Below, piece by piece: positions 10,216 through 25,687 of a DNA stretch of 49,126 nt. Made by a program: the position numbers and the translations under genes. The first letter of the stretch is position 1. Each line of letters begins with the position of its first letter. The notes under the pieces were generated by a model that had not been told where the DNA came from, did not search any database, and saw only the letters and a list, made by a program, of their open reading frames with translations. Origin of the DNA: Candidatus Rokuibacteriota bacterium (lineage in GTDB: Bacteria > Methylomirabilota > Methylomirabilia > Rokubacteriales > DASRDR01); assembly GCA_044866005.1 (NCBI GenBank), contig JBIOTN010000079.1, forward strand, positions 1 through 49,126. Reading direction: 5' to 3'.

Positions 10216-11838
10216 ATGCCGAAGACCGACCTCGGCCTCGCCCTCCTCCTCGCCGGCCTGACCACGCTCAGCCGCGTCCCGTTTCGCGCGCGCCTCCTGC
10301 CGAGCTGGGACGCGATCCAGTTCGCGCTCGCGCTGCGGGAGTACGACGTGGTCAAGCACCAGCCGCATCCGCCCGGCTACATCCTCTACGTGGTCCTCGC
10401 CCGCGGCCTCGACGCGCTGCTCGGCGATCCGACGGCGGCCCTCACGTGGCTGGCGGTCGCGGCGAGCGGGATCACGGTCTTCCTCGTGTACCGGCTCGCC
10501 TGGATGCTCTACGACCGCCCGACCGCCGTCGTCGCCGCCGTCGGCCTCGCGGCGAGCCCGCTGTTCTGGTACTACGGCCTGCTGGGGCTCCCCTATGCGA
10601 CCGAGGCCGCGCTCGTGACGGCGGTCGCCGCGCTGACCTGGCCGGTGCGCGCCGGCCGCGCGTCGTTCGCGGGCTGGTCGGCCCTCGCGCTGGCGCTGGG
10701 CGGGGGCCTTCGGCAGTCGCTCCTCGTCCTCCTCTGTCCCTTGTGGCTCGGGATGGTGTGGGCGGGGCTGCGCCGCTGGCGGCCCGTGCTGAGCGGTCTC
10801 GCGGTGATCGCGGCAGTCAGCGCCGCGTGGTTCGTCCCGATGGTGCTCCTCACGGGCGGCCTCGGCCGGTACGTGGGGGCCGCGCTCGAGCTGTTCGATT
10901 CGACGGTGCGGGCGACGACGCTCGCCGGCGAGTGGCGCATCAACGCGGTGGGCCTGGCCGAGGCGCTGGTCCTCGGGCTCGGCCTCCTCCTGCCCGCGCT
11001 GGCGTGGCGGGTCGCGCGGGGCGTGGCGAGGCCCCGGCACTGGGGCGCCCGTGCCTGGTTCTTCGCGGCGTGGATCGTGCCGCCGCTCGTCGTCTACATC
11101 GCCGTCCACTTCGGTCAGCCCGGCTATCTCCTCGCGGTGCTGCCGGCGCTCCACATCCTCGCCGCGCGCGGGCTCGTCGGGGCGGGCGGCCGCCTGGCGG
11201 CCGCGTGGCGGCGGCCCGCCTGGCGCGGCGCCCTCCTGGCGTTCGTGCTCGCCGGGATTACGCTCGCACACACCGCCTTCTTCGCCCTGAGCGGGCCCAT
11301 CGACGTGCGCGACGTGCTGGCCGCGCGGCCCGAGACGCACAGCCTCGCCATGGCGCTCCGCGGCCGGTACCGCTTCCGGCTCTGGCCCCACACCGCCGGC
11401 GGCCTGCGCGAGCAGGAGCAGGTCATCGCCGCGTACGTCGAGGGGATCCGGCGCGGGTTCGACCCCGCCGAGACCCTGCTCGTCACCGAGCTCGGGAACC
11501 CGCGCTCCTATCCGTGGTTCCGTCACGTCATGTACTACCTGCCGGAGTACGCGACCTATCACCTCCGCCTCGGCGGGTACTCGCCCGGGTACCTCTCCTC
11601 CCGGCAGGCCGAGGCCATGGCCACGCTCCGCGGGTCGGAGATCCTGCTGCCGCCGCACGCGCGGCGACTGGTCTGGGTGGTGGACTACTGGAACCCCCAG
11701 ATCCGGCGCCCGCCCGGGCTCGTCGAGCGCCCGCTGCCCCACGGGCGCTGGCTGTACGTGCTCGACCTCGGCCGCCGGACGGTGGAGCACGCGGGGTACC
11801 GCCTGACGCCCTTGGCCGCGGTCGCGCGGCTCCGGTAG
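10216..11838 (+). CDS. Multi-pass GT-C-type glycosyltransferase-like protein (DUF2723-like N-terminus)
   Basis: First loop WDAIQF...HQPHPPGYILY, about 11 TM segments and a soluble C-terminal domain. Confidence 0.7.
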   Translation: MPKTDLGLALLLAGLTTLSRVPFRARLLPSWDAIQFALALREYDVVKHQPHPPGYILYVVLARGLDALLGDPTAALTWLAVAASGITVFLVYRLAWMLYDRPTAVVAAVGLAASPLFWYYGLLGLPYATEAALVTAVAALTWPVRAGRASFAGWSALALALGGGLRQSLLVLLCPLWLGMVWAGLRRWRPVLSGLAVIAAVSAAWFVPMVLLTGGLGRYVGAALELFDSTVRATTLAGEWRINAVGLAEALVLGLGLLLPALAWRVARGVARPRHWGARAWFFAAWIVPPLVVYIAVHFGQPGYLLAVLPALHILAARGLVGAGGRLAAAWRRPAWRGALLAFVLAGITLAHTAFFALSGPIDVRDVLAARPETHSLAMALRGRYRFRLWPHTAGGLREQEQVIAAYVEGIRRGFDPAETLLVTELGNPRSYPWFRHVMYYLPEYATYHLRLGGYSPGYLSSRQAEAMATLRGSEILLPPHARRLVWVVDYWNPQIRRPPGLVERPLPHGRWLYVLDLGRRTVEHAGYRLTPLAAVARLR

Positions 11839-11960
11839 CGCCGGCCGATGCCCGTCGCCGCGGGGCGTCCTGCATCAGGGCTGGAACGCGCTCGGCGTGT
11901 GGCCTCGCGGCCGTTCCAGCCTCCGGGGTCGTCGGCACGCCTCAGCCTCGGGGGGGTCCC

Positions 11961-13496
11961 GTGCGAGGTCTAGCTCGGGACGGGGCGATCATCGTCGCTG
12001 CGGGCGTCGGCGCGCTCCTCCTCTTCGTCGCCGCGGAACGCCGGATCGCGGGCACGCTCGGCTTGCCGCTCGACGACAGCTGGATCCACCTCCGCTTCGC
12101 GGAGAACCTCGCCTCGGGACGCGGCTTCGGGATCAACCCCGGCGTGCCGGTCGCGGGCTCGACCGCGCCGCTCTGGACGCTCCTCCTCGCCGGCGCCCTG
12201 GCGCTCGGCCTGCCCGCGCTGCTCGCCGCCAAGCTGCTCGGCATCCTCTGCTACGGGACGACCGCCCTGCTCACGCGCCGGCTGGCGCTCGCCCTGGGGC
12301 TCGGCGGCGGCCTCGCGCTGGCCGCCGGTCTGGGGGCGGCGGGGCTGGCGCGCCTCTGCTGGGGCGCGCTGTCTGGAATGGAAGTCCCGCTCGCGGCGGC
12401 CCTGGTCGCCGGGGCGGCCCTCCTCGCCGCGCGCCGGCGACCGCTGGCGGCGGCGGCGGCGCTCGGGTGCGCGACGCTGGCCCGCCCCGAGGCCGCGCTG
12501 CTCCTCGTCCTCCACCTCGCCGGGGCGGGCCGCCTCCGGGCCGCGGGCGCGCGCGGCGCCGTCGCCCTCCTCGTCCTCCTGCCGGCCCTCCTCTTCAATG
12601 TCGCGACGGTGGGCCGGCTGGTCCCCGCCACCGCGGCCGCCAAGGTCGAGGGGGGGCTGCTCGGCCGGCTGGAGGGGGTCGCCGAGCCCTGGAGCGCCAC
12701 GGCGGCCCGCGCGGGGGCCTACACGGTCGAGTGGGCGGCGCAGCTCGTCCAGGATCACCCGGCGCTGCCGGTCCTGGTGCTCGGGGGCCTCGTCCTCCTG
12801 CGGTGGAGTCCGGTCGGCTGGCTCGCCGGGGCGCTCCTCCTCCACCCGCTGGTCGTCGCCCTCGTCGCGCCGTACGGCGGCCCCGCCTTCCAGACCGGGC
12901 GCTACTCCGCCCATCTCTTGCCGCTCGCCGTCGTGCTCGCCGTCGCGGCGCTCGGCCGGCTCGCCGCCGCGCTGCCGGCCCGCCGGCCGCTGCGCGCGGC
13001 CTTCTGGGCGCTGGCGGCGCTCCCACTGGTCCTCGCCCTCGGCCCGGCCAGCCAGAGGTACGCCTGGGGCGTCCAGAACATCGAGGCCATGCAGGTCGGG
13101 CTCGGGCGCTGGGTCGCGCGGCACACGCCGCCCGGCGCGCAGGTCGGCGTGAACGACGTCGGCGCGATCGCCTACTTCGGCGACCGGCCGATCCTCGACC
13201 TCATGGGGCTCGCGACGCCCGACATCCTCCCCTACCGACGCCAGGGGCCGGCCGGCGTCCTCCGCTACCTCGAGCAGCGGTGCCCGGACTATCTCGTCAT
13301 CTTTCCCGAGTGGTTCCCGACGCTCGCCGCGCGCGCCGACCTCTTCCGGCCGCTGACGCGCGTTCGCCTCGCGCGGAACGTCGTGGCGGGCGCCGACGAG
13401 ATGGTGGTCTACGAGACGGTCTGGAACCGGTGGGCCCGCACCCCCACCGCGTGTCCCGGCCGCGCCGGCGCGCCCGATGGCGGCGCCGTTTCTTGA
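11961..13496 (+). CDS. Multi-pass GT-C-type glycosyltransferase-like membrane protein
   Basis: GTG start inferred. PLDDSWIHLRFAENLASG...GSTAPLW, LSGME, RPE, DVGAIAYF and DLMGL motifs are typical of uncharacterised GT-C proteins. Confidence 0.7.
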   Translation: MRGLARDGAIIVAAGVGALLLFVAAERRIAGTLGLPLDDSWIHLRFAENLASGRGFGINPGVPVAGSTAPLWTLLLAGALALGLPALLAAKLLGILCYGTTALLTRRLALALGLGGGLALAAGLGAAGLARLCWGALSGMEVPLAAALVAGAALLAARRRPLAAAAALGCATLARPEAALLLVLHLAGAGRLRAAGARGAVALLVLLPALLFNVATVGRLVPATAAAKVEGGLLGRLEGVAEPWSATAARAGAYTVEWAAQLVQDHPALPVLVLGGLVLLRWSPVGWLAGALLLHPLVVALVAPYGGPAFQTGRYSAHLLPLAVVLAVAALGRLAAALPARRPLRAAFWALAALPLVLALGPASQRYAWGVQNIEAMQVGLGRWVARHTPPGAQVGVNDVGAIAYFGDRPILDLMGLATPDILPYRRQGPAGVLRYLEQRCPDYLVIFPEWFPTLAARADLFRPLTRVRLARNVVAGADEMVVYETVWNRWARTPTACPGRAGAPDGGAVS

Positions 13497-13521
13497 CACA
13501 AATGCGCGTGGATGCTAGGTT
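13493..13521 (+). promoter_or_regulatory. Putative sigma70 promoter for the ileS operon
   Basis: TTGACA-N17-TAGGTT with an extended TG. The -35 box contains the upstream gene's TGA stop. Confidence 0.7.
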
Positions 13522-13580
13522 TTGAGCACTGCGCGCCGGGGCTGCCGGCGCGCATCCTTTTAGGCGGAGCGCGCGCACGC

Positions 13581-16448
<2,868 letters not shown>

Positions 16449-16455
16449 GACCCGC

Positions 16456-16950
16456 GTGAAGTCGCTGGTCGGCGTCGCCGCGGTCGTCTTCGTCCTGGAC
16501 CAGCTCACCAAGAGCTGGGCGCAGAGCCGGCTCGTTCCGGGGCAGCCCCTCACCGTCGTCCCGGGCTTCTTCGACCTCACGCTCATCCTGAACCCCGGCG
16601 TCGCCTTCGGGATCTTCGCCGGCGTGCCGGCGGAGTGGCGCTGGCTCGTCACGGTCTTCTCGCTGGCCGCGCTCCTCTTGCTCTCGACGATGGCGTTCCG
16701 CATCGTCCCGCACGGCGGCGTGGTGGGACCCATCGCGCTCGGCCTCGTCTTCGGCGGCGCCGCGGGCAACCTCCTCGACCGCTGGCGGTTCGGGGCCGTC
16801 GTGGACTTCGTGGACGTCCACGCCGGCCAGTACCACTGGCCGGCGTTCAACGTCGCGGACTCGGCGATCACCGTCGGCGTCGTCCTCCTCGCCGCGGGGC
16901 TCGCCTTCGGCGGCCGGCCGGAGGACGCCCGAGGCCGGCTCCGGGCCTAG
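16456..16950 (+). CDS. lspA: Lipoprotein signal peptidase II
   Basis: LDQLTK, NPGVAFG, GAAGNLLDR, VVDF and WPAFNVADSAI. Follows ileS as usual. Confidence 0.96.
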   Translation: MKSLVGVAAVVFVLDQLTKSWAQSRLVPGQPLTVVPGFFDLTLILNPGVAFGIFAGVPAEWRWLVTVFSLAALLLLSTMAFRIVPHGGVVGPIALGLVFGGAAGNLLDRWRFGAVVDFVDVHAGQYHWPAFNVADSAITVGVVLLAAGLAFGGRPEDARGRLRA

Positions 16951-17002
16951 GGGTATCGGAAGGCGGGAACGGCGCTGCCTGCTCGGCGCACTCCGCCGTC
17001 CG

Positions 17003-17091
17003 TCCGAGCGGCGGCTTCGCCGCCGGCCCACCCACCCTGCCCGAAGAGGTCGGGGGGAGGATTCGGAGGGGGCCGTCGAGGCCCCCTCGGA
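17003..17091 (-). repeat. Bipartite hairpin repeat family A, copy 2
   Basis: Minus strand TCCGAGGGGGCC-tcgac-GGCCCCCTCCGA, then atcctcccccc..., GGCGGC-gaa-GCCGCC and GCTCGGA. Confidence 0.7.
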
Positions 17092-18125
17092 TGACTGAGC
17101 GGCGCGCGTTCGCCGTTGCGCCGCCCGAGGCGGGGACACGCCTCGACCGTTTCCTCCAGGCGCGCGCGCCGGACCTCTCGCGGACGCGTCTCCAGGCCCT
17201 CATCGCCGCCGGCCACGTCACGGTGGACGGCCGCGCGCGGAAGCCGAGCCACCGCCTGCGCGCCGGCGAGGCCGTGGCGATCGACGTCCCGGCGCCCGTC
17301 CCGCTCGTCCTCGAGCCCGAGCCGCGCCCGCTCGACATCGTCTACGAGGACGATGCCGTCGTCGTCGTCAACAAGCCCGCGGGGCTCGTGGTCCACCCGG
17401 GAGCGGGGCACGCGACCGGGACCCTGGTCCACGCGCTCCTCGCCCACTGCGGCCCGGCCCTCGCCGGGATCGGCGGGGTGCGGCGCCCCGGCATCGTCCA
17501 CCGGCTCGACCGCGGGACCTCGGGGCTCCTCGTCGTGGCCAAGTCCGATCGGGCGCACCAGAGCCTGACCCGGCAGCTCAAGGCCCGGACCGTGGAGCGG
17601 CGCTACCAGGCGCTCGTCCACGGTCGGCTCCCGCGGCTCGAGGGCGTCATCGAGACGGCGATCGGCCGCCATCCCCGCGACCGGCTCCGGATGGCCGTGC
17701 GTCCCCCTGGCGCCGGCCGGCCCGCCGTCACGCGCTACCGCGTGGTCGAGCGGTTCACGGCGCCGGCCGCCCTCACCCTCCTCGCGGTCGAGCTGGGCAC
17801 GGGGCGCACCCACCAGATCCGCGTCCACCTCGCCCACCTGGGCTTCCCCGTGGTCGGCGACCGCACCTACCGGCGTCGGGCCACGCGGCCGCTCGATCCG
17901 GAGCTCGGGCCCCGCGTGAGCGCCCTCGACGGCCTCGCCCTGCACGCCGCCGTCCTCGGCTTCACGCACCCCCAGACGGGGGTCCGCCTCCGCTTCGAAG
18001 CCCCGCTGCCGGCCGCGTTCCAGGCGCTCGTCGACTGGCTCCGGGCGCGGGCGGGCGGCGGGCAGGCCGCGGCGCCCGGGCCCCGCGTCCCGAGGACGTC
18101 CCGCCGGGGCGGCGGCCAATGCTAA
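17091..18125 (+). CDS. rluD: RluA-family 23S rRNA pseudouridine synthase (RluD-like, with S4 domain)
   Basis: RLDRFL S4 domain, VNKPAGLVVHP, RPGIVHRLDRGTSG, TGRTHQIRVH and LHAAVLGFTHP. Confidence 0.92.
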   Translation: MTERRAFAVAPPEAGTRLDRFLQARAPDLSRTRLQALIAAGHVTVDGRARKPSHRLRAGEAVAIDVPAPVPLVLEPEPRPLDIVYEDDAVVVVNKPAGLVVHPGAGHATGTLVHALLAHCGPALAGIGGVRRPGIVHRLDRGTSGLLVVAKSDRAHQSLTRQLKARTVERRYQALVHGRLPRLEGVIETAIGRHPRDRLRMAVRPPGAGRPAVTRYRVVERFTAPAALTLLAVELGTGRTHQIRVHLAHLGFPVVGDRTYRRRATRPLDPELGPRVSALDGLALHAAVLGFTHPQTGVRLRFEAPLPAAFQALVDWLRARAGGGQAAAPGPRVPRTSRRGGGQC

Positions 18126-18145
18126 GATGAGGCGGGATCAGCGCA

Positions 18146-19182
18146 ATGCGAGGGCGCCGGCGGCACGAGGGAGGGCGGCGGGTCGTGGCCATCGGGGGTG
18201 GCACCGGCCTCCCCGTGGTCCTGGCTGCCCTCAAACGCTACCTCGGGAGCCGGGTGGCCGAGCTGACGGCCGTCGTGACCGTCACGGACGACGGCGGGAG
18301 CTCGGGACGCCTGCGCGAAGAGCTGCGGATCCTGCCGCCGGGGGACATCCGGAACTGCCTCGTGGCCCTCGCCGAGGTCGAGCCCCTGATGGCCGAGCTC
18401 TTCCAGTTCCGGTTCGGGGGTGATGGCGCCCTGGCGGGCCACAGCTTCGGGAACCTCTTCCTGGCCGCCCTCGCGGGGGTGACCGGGAACTTCCTCCAGG
18501 CGATCCGGATCTCCGGCAAGGTGCTGGCGGTGAAGGGGACGATCCTGCCCTCTACGCTCGAGAGCGTCACGCTCGGCGCCGAGCTGGCCGACGGCCGGGT
18601 CGTCCACGGGGAGTCGAAGCTCCGGCAGGGCGGGCAGCCGATACGGCGCATCTTCCTCGAGCCCGAGAACGTCCGCGCGCTCCCCGAGGTGCTCGAGGCG
18701 CTCGACCGCGCCGACGCCGTCGTCCTCGCCCCCGGCTCGCTCTACACGAGCCTCGTCCCGAACCTCCTGGTCGGCGGGGTGGCCGACGCGCTCCGCAAGG
18801 CCGCCGCGCTCCGGATCTACGTCGCGAACCTCATGAGCGAGCCCGGCGAGACCGACGGCTTCTCGCTCGCCGACCACGTCGAGGTGCTCCACGCCCACGC
18901 CGGCCGGGGCGTCGTCGACGGGGTCGTGGTCCACGGCCGCCCCTTCGCGTGGGACGTCCTCCGGCGGTACGCCAGGGCAGGGGCGCATCCGGTCGCGCTC
19001 GACCGCGAGCGGGCGCATGCCCTCGGCGTCTGGGTCACCGAGTCCGACCTGACGAGCACGACGGAGCTCGCCCGGCACCATCCCGAGAAGCTCGGCCGGG
19101 CCCTGGTCCGGCTGATCCACCACGGCGGCCCGGCCCGCGCGGCCCGGGCCGCGGTGGCGGACACGGGGAGCGAGCGTCCGGG

Positions 19183-19186
<4 letters not shown>
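18146..19186 (+). CDS. yvcK: YvcK/GlmR family (CofD-like) UDP-GlcNAc-binding protein
   Basis: VVAIGGGTG, VTVTDDGGSSGRLR, PPGDIRNCL, GHSFGNL, PGSLYTS and QPGET-like EPGET. Confidence 0.92.
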
Positions 19187-20595
<1,409 letters not shown>

Positions 20596-20609
20596 TCCGG
20601 GTCCTGATG

Positions 20610-20640
20610 GTGCAACAATTGCCGGCCTCCCATGTTGCAC
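20610..20640. promoter_or_regulatory. Inverted repeat, candidate enhancer for a sigma54 activator
   Basis: GTGCAACA-N15-TGTTGCAC in an AT-richer intergenic patch, about 50 bp upstream of the sigma54 box. Confidence 0.5.
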
Positions 20641-20689
20641 TCGCGTAACGGCCGGCCGCTAACCCTTTGCCAATCCGGGCGGGGGACCG

Positions 20690-20705
20690 TGGCACGGCCA
20701 TTGCT
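20690..20705 (+). promoter_or_regulatory. sigma54 (-24/-12) promoter upstream of glmS
   Basis: TGGCACGGCCATTGCT exactly fits the consensus TGGCAC-N5-TTGC, 57 nt before the glmS ATG. Confidence 0.8.
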
Positions 20706-20762
20706 GCCGTCCAGGGCGCCACTGGTGCGCGCGCGGGACACTCGGGTCGGAGGGTAGCCACG

Positions 20763-22601
<1,839 letters not shown>

Positions 22602-22603
22602 TC

Positions 22604-22798
22604 TCGGAGGGGGCCTCTACGGCCCCCTCCGACGGCCCTCGCGGCGAAGCCGCGGCCCTCGCCCTCCGGCGAGGGCATCGGGCCTGCCTCCCCCAAAAGG
22701 CAGGACCGAGGACCGGCTCGCGCCTGCCTCCCCCCAGGGACGAACGTCACTCGGCCTCGCCGCCCCCTCCGGCGAGGGGATCGCGCGTGCCTCCCCCA
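22604..22798 (+). repeat. Mosaic repeat: family A copy 3 followed by tandem CCCTCCGGCGAGGG...TGCCTCCCCCA modules
   Basis: TCGGAGGGGGCC-tctac-GGCCCCCTCCGA and GCGGC-gaa-GCCGC, then near-identical units at 22662-22695 and 22765-22798 and a partial unit at about 22717-22736. Confidence 0.7.
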
Positions 22799-22842
22799 CC
22801 GAACCCCGATCAGCGGGAGCGGACCGACGGTATACTCGGGGG

Positions 22843-23463
22843 GTGGCTTCGCACCCGTTGTCGACCGGACCCATCCGGATCCAGGCGGCGCCGGGCCACC
22901 GGCGGCTCGCCACGCTCGCCCAGTGGACCGTCGTCGCCCTGCTCGTCGCCCTGGGCTGGGCGGCGGTCCGGCTCCTGGGGCTCGTCTGGGCGGACCGGGG
23001 CGACCCCGAGACCGGCCGCGCCATGTGGCTCTTCGTCGGTGGCGTCGCCCTGGCAGGGAGCACGCTGGGCTACCTCGTCGTGCTCCTCCAGGATCTCGTG
23101 AAGCTGACGATCGAGGTGAGCGACAAGGGGATCACCGTGGTCCGCTTGCTCCAGCCGTTCACGGCCGGCTGGGACGAGGTGCAGGAGATCGGCCTCGTGT
23201 CCGGCCGCGGGCACCTCACGCTCCGGACGGCGCGCGGCCGGCTGACGGCGACCGAGCGGTTGCTCGGCGCGGCGTCGTTCGCCGCCCTGGTCGGGGCCCT
23301 GCGCGCCCGCGCCGGGTCCGCGGTCCGCGAGTGGACCCCGTGGGCGGCGGCGCGGCGCCAGCTCCTCCTTTTCGTCGGGCCCGCGCTCGGCCTCGCCTGG
23401 CTGGTCTTCCTCGCGAAGGGGGTGTGGCGGCGCCCGCCCGCCGACGGGGTCCGGCGCCGGTGA
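22843..23463 (+). CDS. Hypothetical membrane protein (possible bacterial PH-like domain)
   Basis: Two N-terminal TM helices, a beta-rich 'IEVSDKGITVVR...WDEVQEI' segment and a C-terminal TM helix. TATACT lies 6 nt upstream of the GTG. Confidence 0.65.
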   Translation: MASHPLSTGPIRIQAAPGHRRLATLAQWTVVALLVALGWAAVRLLGLVWADRGDPETGRAMWLFVGGVALAGSTLGYLVVLLQDLVKLTIEVSDKGITVVRLLQPFTAGWDEVQEIGLVSGRGHLTLRTARGRLTATERLLGAASFAALVGALRARAGSAVREWTPWAAARRQLLLFVGPALGLAWLVFLAKGVWRRPPADGVRRR

Positions 23464-23470
23464 AGGCGCC

Positions 23471-25660
23471 GTGACCGGCGCCGGCTCGCCCGCGCGCTCG
23501 ACCGATCCCATCCTCTCCGGCCTCAACCCGGCGCAGCGGGCGGCGGTCCTCCAGACCGAGGGGCCCGTGCTGGTCCTGGCCGGGGCGGGGAGCGGGAAGA
23601 CGCGCGTCATCGCGCACCGGATCGCCTACCTCGTGGCGACCGGCGTGGACCCGCGCCGGATCCTCGCCGTGACCTTCACGAACAAGGCGGCGGGGGAGAT
23701 GGGCCAGCGCGTGGAGGGGCTGCTCGCCGGCTGGGCGGTCCGGGCCCCGCTCGTCGCGACCTTCCATGCCGCCTGCGTCCGGATCCTGCGGGCCGAGATC
23801 CAGCACCTGGGCTACCCCCCGCGCTTCGTCATCTACGACGAGGACGACCGCCTGAGCCTGGTGCGGGAGCTCGTGCGGGACGCGGGCCTGGACGAGCGGG
23901 GTCTCTCCCCCCAGGCGGTCGTGGCCCGCGTGAGCCGCGCCAAGAACCAGCTCCTCGGCCCCGAAGACCTCGCGGGCGCGGCCCGCTCGGCCCGCGACGA
24001 GGAGGTGGCGCGGCTCTTCGCCCGCTACGAGGCCCGGCTCCGCGCCGCCGGCGCGCTCGACTTCGACGACCTGCTCGGCCTGGCCGTCCGCCTCTGGGAG
24101 CGGCACCCCGAGGTCCTCGCCTACTACCGCCGCCTCTGGCGGTACGTGCTCGTGGACGAGTACCAGGACACGAACGCGGCGCAGTACCGGTGGCTCGGGC
24201 TCCTCACCGCGGAGCACCGGAACCTCTGCGTGGTCGGCGATCCCGACCAGTCGATCTACCGGTTCCGCGGGGCGGAGCTCCGGAACATCCTCGACTTCGA
24301 GCGCGACTTCCCCGACTGCCGTGTGGTCCGGCTGGAGCAGAACTATCGCTCGACCGGGCAGATCCTCGAGATCGCCTCGGCGGTGATCGCCCACAACCAG
24401 GCGCGCAAGGACAAGGCCCTGTGGACGGAGAACGCGCGGGGCGCGCCGGCGCGTGTCTTCCGCGCCTGGGACGAGGGGGAGGAGGCGGCCTGGGTCGCGC
24501 GCACCGTCGCCACCCTGCGGGCCGAGGCCGTCACCCTGGACGGGATCGCCGTGTTCTACCGCACCAACGCCCAGTCCCGCGTCCTGGAGGACGCGTTCCG
24601 GGCGCTGGGCCTGCCGTACCGCATCGTGGGGAGCGTCCGCTTCTACGAGCGCAAGGAGGTCAAGGACGCGCTCGCCTACCTCCGCCTCGCGATCAACCCG
24701 GACGACGACCTCGCGTTCACGCGCGCGGTCGGCATGCCGCCGCGGGGGATCGGCAAGGCCACCCTGGCCCGCCTGGCCGAGGCCGCCGCCGGGCGCGGGC
24801 GCTCGCTCGCCGCCGCGAGCGCGGAGCCGGAGGTGGCCGCCGTCGGCGGCAAGGCCGCTCGGGCGCTTGCCGAGTTCGCGGCGCTGCGGACGCGGCTGGC
24901 GGCGCTCGTGGGCGAGGCCCGGCCGCTCGCCGAACGCGTCGCGGCGGTCATCGACGCCTCAGGGCTCCGGGGCGCGCTCGCGCGGGAGGCGACGGCCGAG
25001 GCCGTGGGGCGGCTGGAGAACCTCGACGAGGTGTGCGTCGCCGCCGAGGAGTTCGAGGCGCGGACCGGGAGCGGCGCGGTCACCGCGTTTCTCGACTCCG
25101 TCGCGCTCATCTCCGACGTGGACGAGCTGACGGAGCCCCGCGCGGCGGTGACGTTGATGACGCTCCACTCGGCGAAGGGCCTGGAGTTCCCCGTCGTCTT
25201 CCTGACCGGGCTGGAGGAGGGCGTCTTCCCCCACACCCGGTCGCTCGGCGACGCCGAGGACCTGGAGGAGGAACGACGGCTCGCGTACGTCGGGCTCACG
25301 CGCGCGAAGGAGCGGCTGTTCCTCTCCTACGCCTGCCAGCGGCGGCTCGGCGCCCTCGGCGGCATGCACGACCCCTCGCGGTTCCTCCTCGAAATGCCGC
25401 CGGACGCGCTCGTCCCGATCGGCGGGCCGAGCGCGCGGTCCGCCGCGGCGGCGGCGGCGGTTCGACAGGGGCCGGTGCCGGCGGCCGCCGACGAAGACTA
25501 CCCCCTCCGTGTCGGCACCCGGGTGCGGCACGGGCGATGGGGCGAGGGGCTCGTGGTCGGGATCGAGCGCGCGGGCGACGACTTTCTCGTCACCGTGAAC
25601 TTCGCGGCGGTCGGGCGGAAGCGCCTGGCGCTAAAATACGCCCATCTCGAGGAGGCTTGA
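23471..25660 (+). CDS. pcrA: ATP-dependent DNA helicase PcrA/UvrD
   Basis: VLAGAGSGKT, TFTNKAA, VDEYQDTN, VGDPDQSIYRFRGA, LEQNYRST, HSAKGLEF, EERRLAYVGLTRA and a C-terminal Tudor-like domain. Confidence 0.95.
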   Translation: MTGAGSPARSTDPILSGLNPAQRAAVLQTEGPVLVLAGAGSGKTRVIAHRIAYLVATGVDPRRILAVTFTNKAAGEMGQRVEGLLAGWAVRAPLVATFHAACVRILRAEIQHLGYPPRFVIYDEDDRLSLVRELVRDAGLDERGLSPQAVVARVSRAKNQLLGPEDLAGAARSARDEEVARLFARYEARLRAAGALDFDDLLGLAVRLWERHPEVLAYYRRLWRYVLVDEYQDTNAAQYRWLGLLTAEHRNLCVVGDPDQSIYRFRGAELRNILDFERDFPDCRVVRLEQNYRSTGQILEIASAVIAHNQARKDKALWTENARGAPARVFRAWDEGEEAAWVARTVATLRAEAVTLDGIAVFYRTNAQSRVLEDAFRALGLPYRIVGSVRFYERKEVKDALAYLRLAINPDDDLAFTRAVGMPPRGIGKATLARLAEAAAGRGRSLAAASAEPEVAAVGGKAARALAEFAALRTRLAALVGEARPLAERVAAVIDASGLRGALAREATAEAVGRLENLDEVCVAAEEFEARTGSGAVTAFLDSVALISDVDELTEPRAAVTLMTLHSAKGLEFPVVFLTGLEEGVFPHTRSLGDAEDLEEERRLAYVGLTRAKERLFLSYACQRRLGALGGMHDPSRFLLEMPPDALVPIGGPSARSAAAAAAVRQGPVPAAADEDYPLRVGTRVRHGRWGEGLVVGIERAGDDFLVTVNFAAVGRKRLALKYAHLEEA

Positions 25661-25687
25661 GCCTGGACACCCCCGGATTCCTTCCTG

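Noticed and set aside
13522..13580. T-box leader for ileS
   Set aside because: The leader is only about 55 nt and has no T-box motif or terminator.
20596..20762. glmS ribozyme upstream of glmS
   Set aside because: The conserved core (AGCGCC...GACGAGG) is not present, and the region is explained by a sigma54 promoter.
22604..22798. CRISPR-like array after glmS
   Set aside because: Only two or three degenerate units with irregular spacing and no cas genes. It fits mosaic REP-like repeats better.
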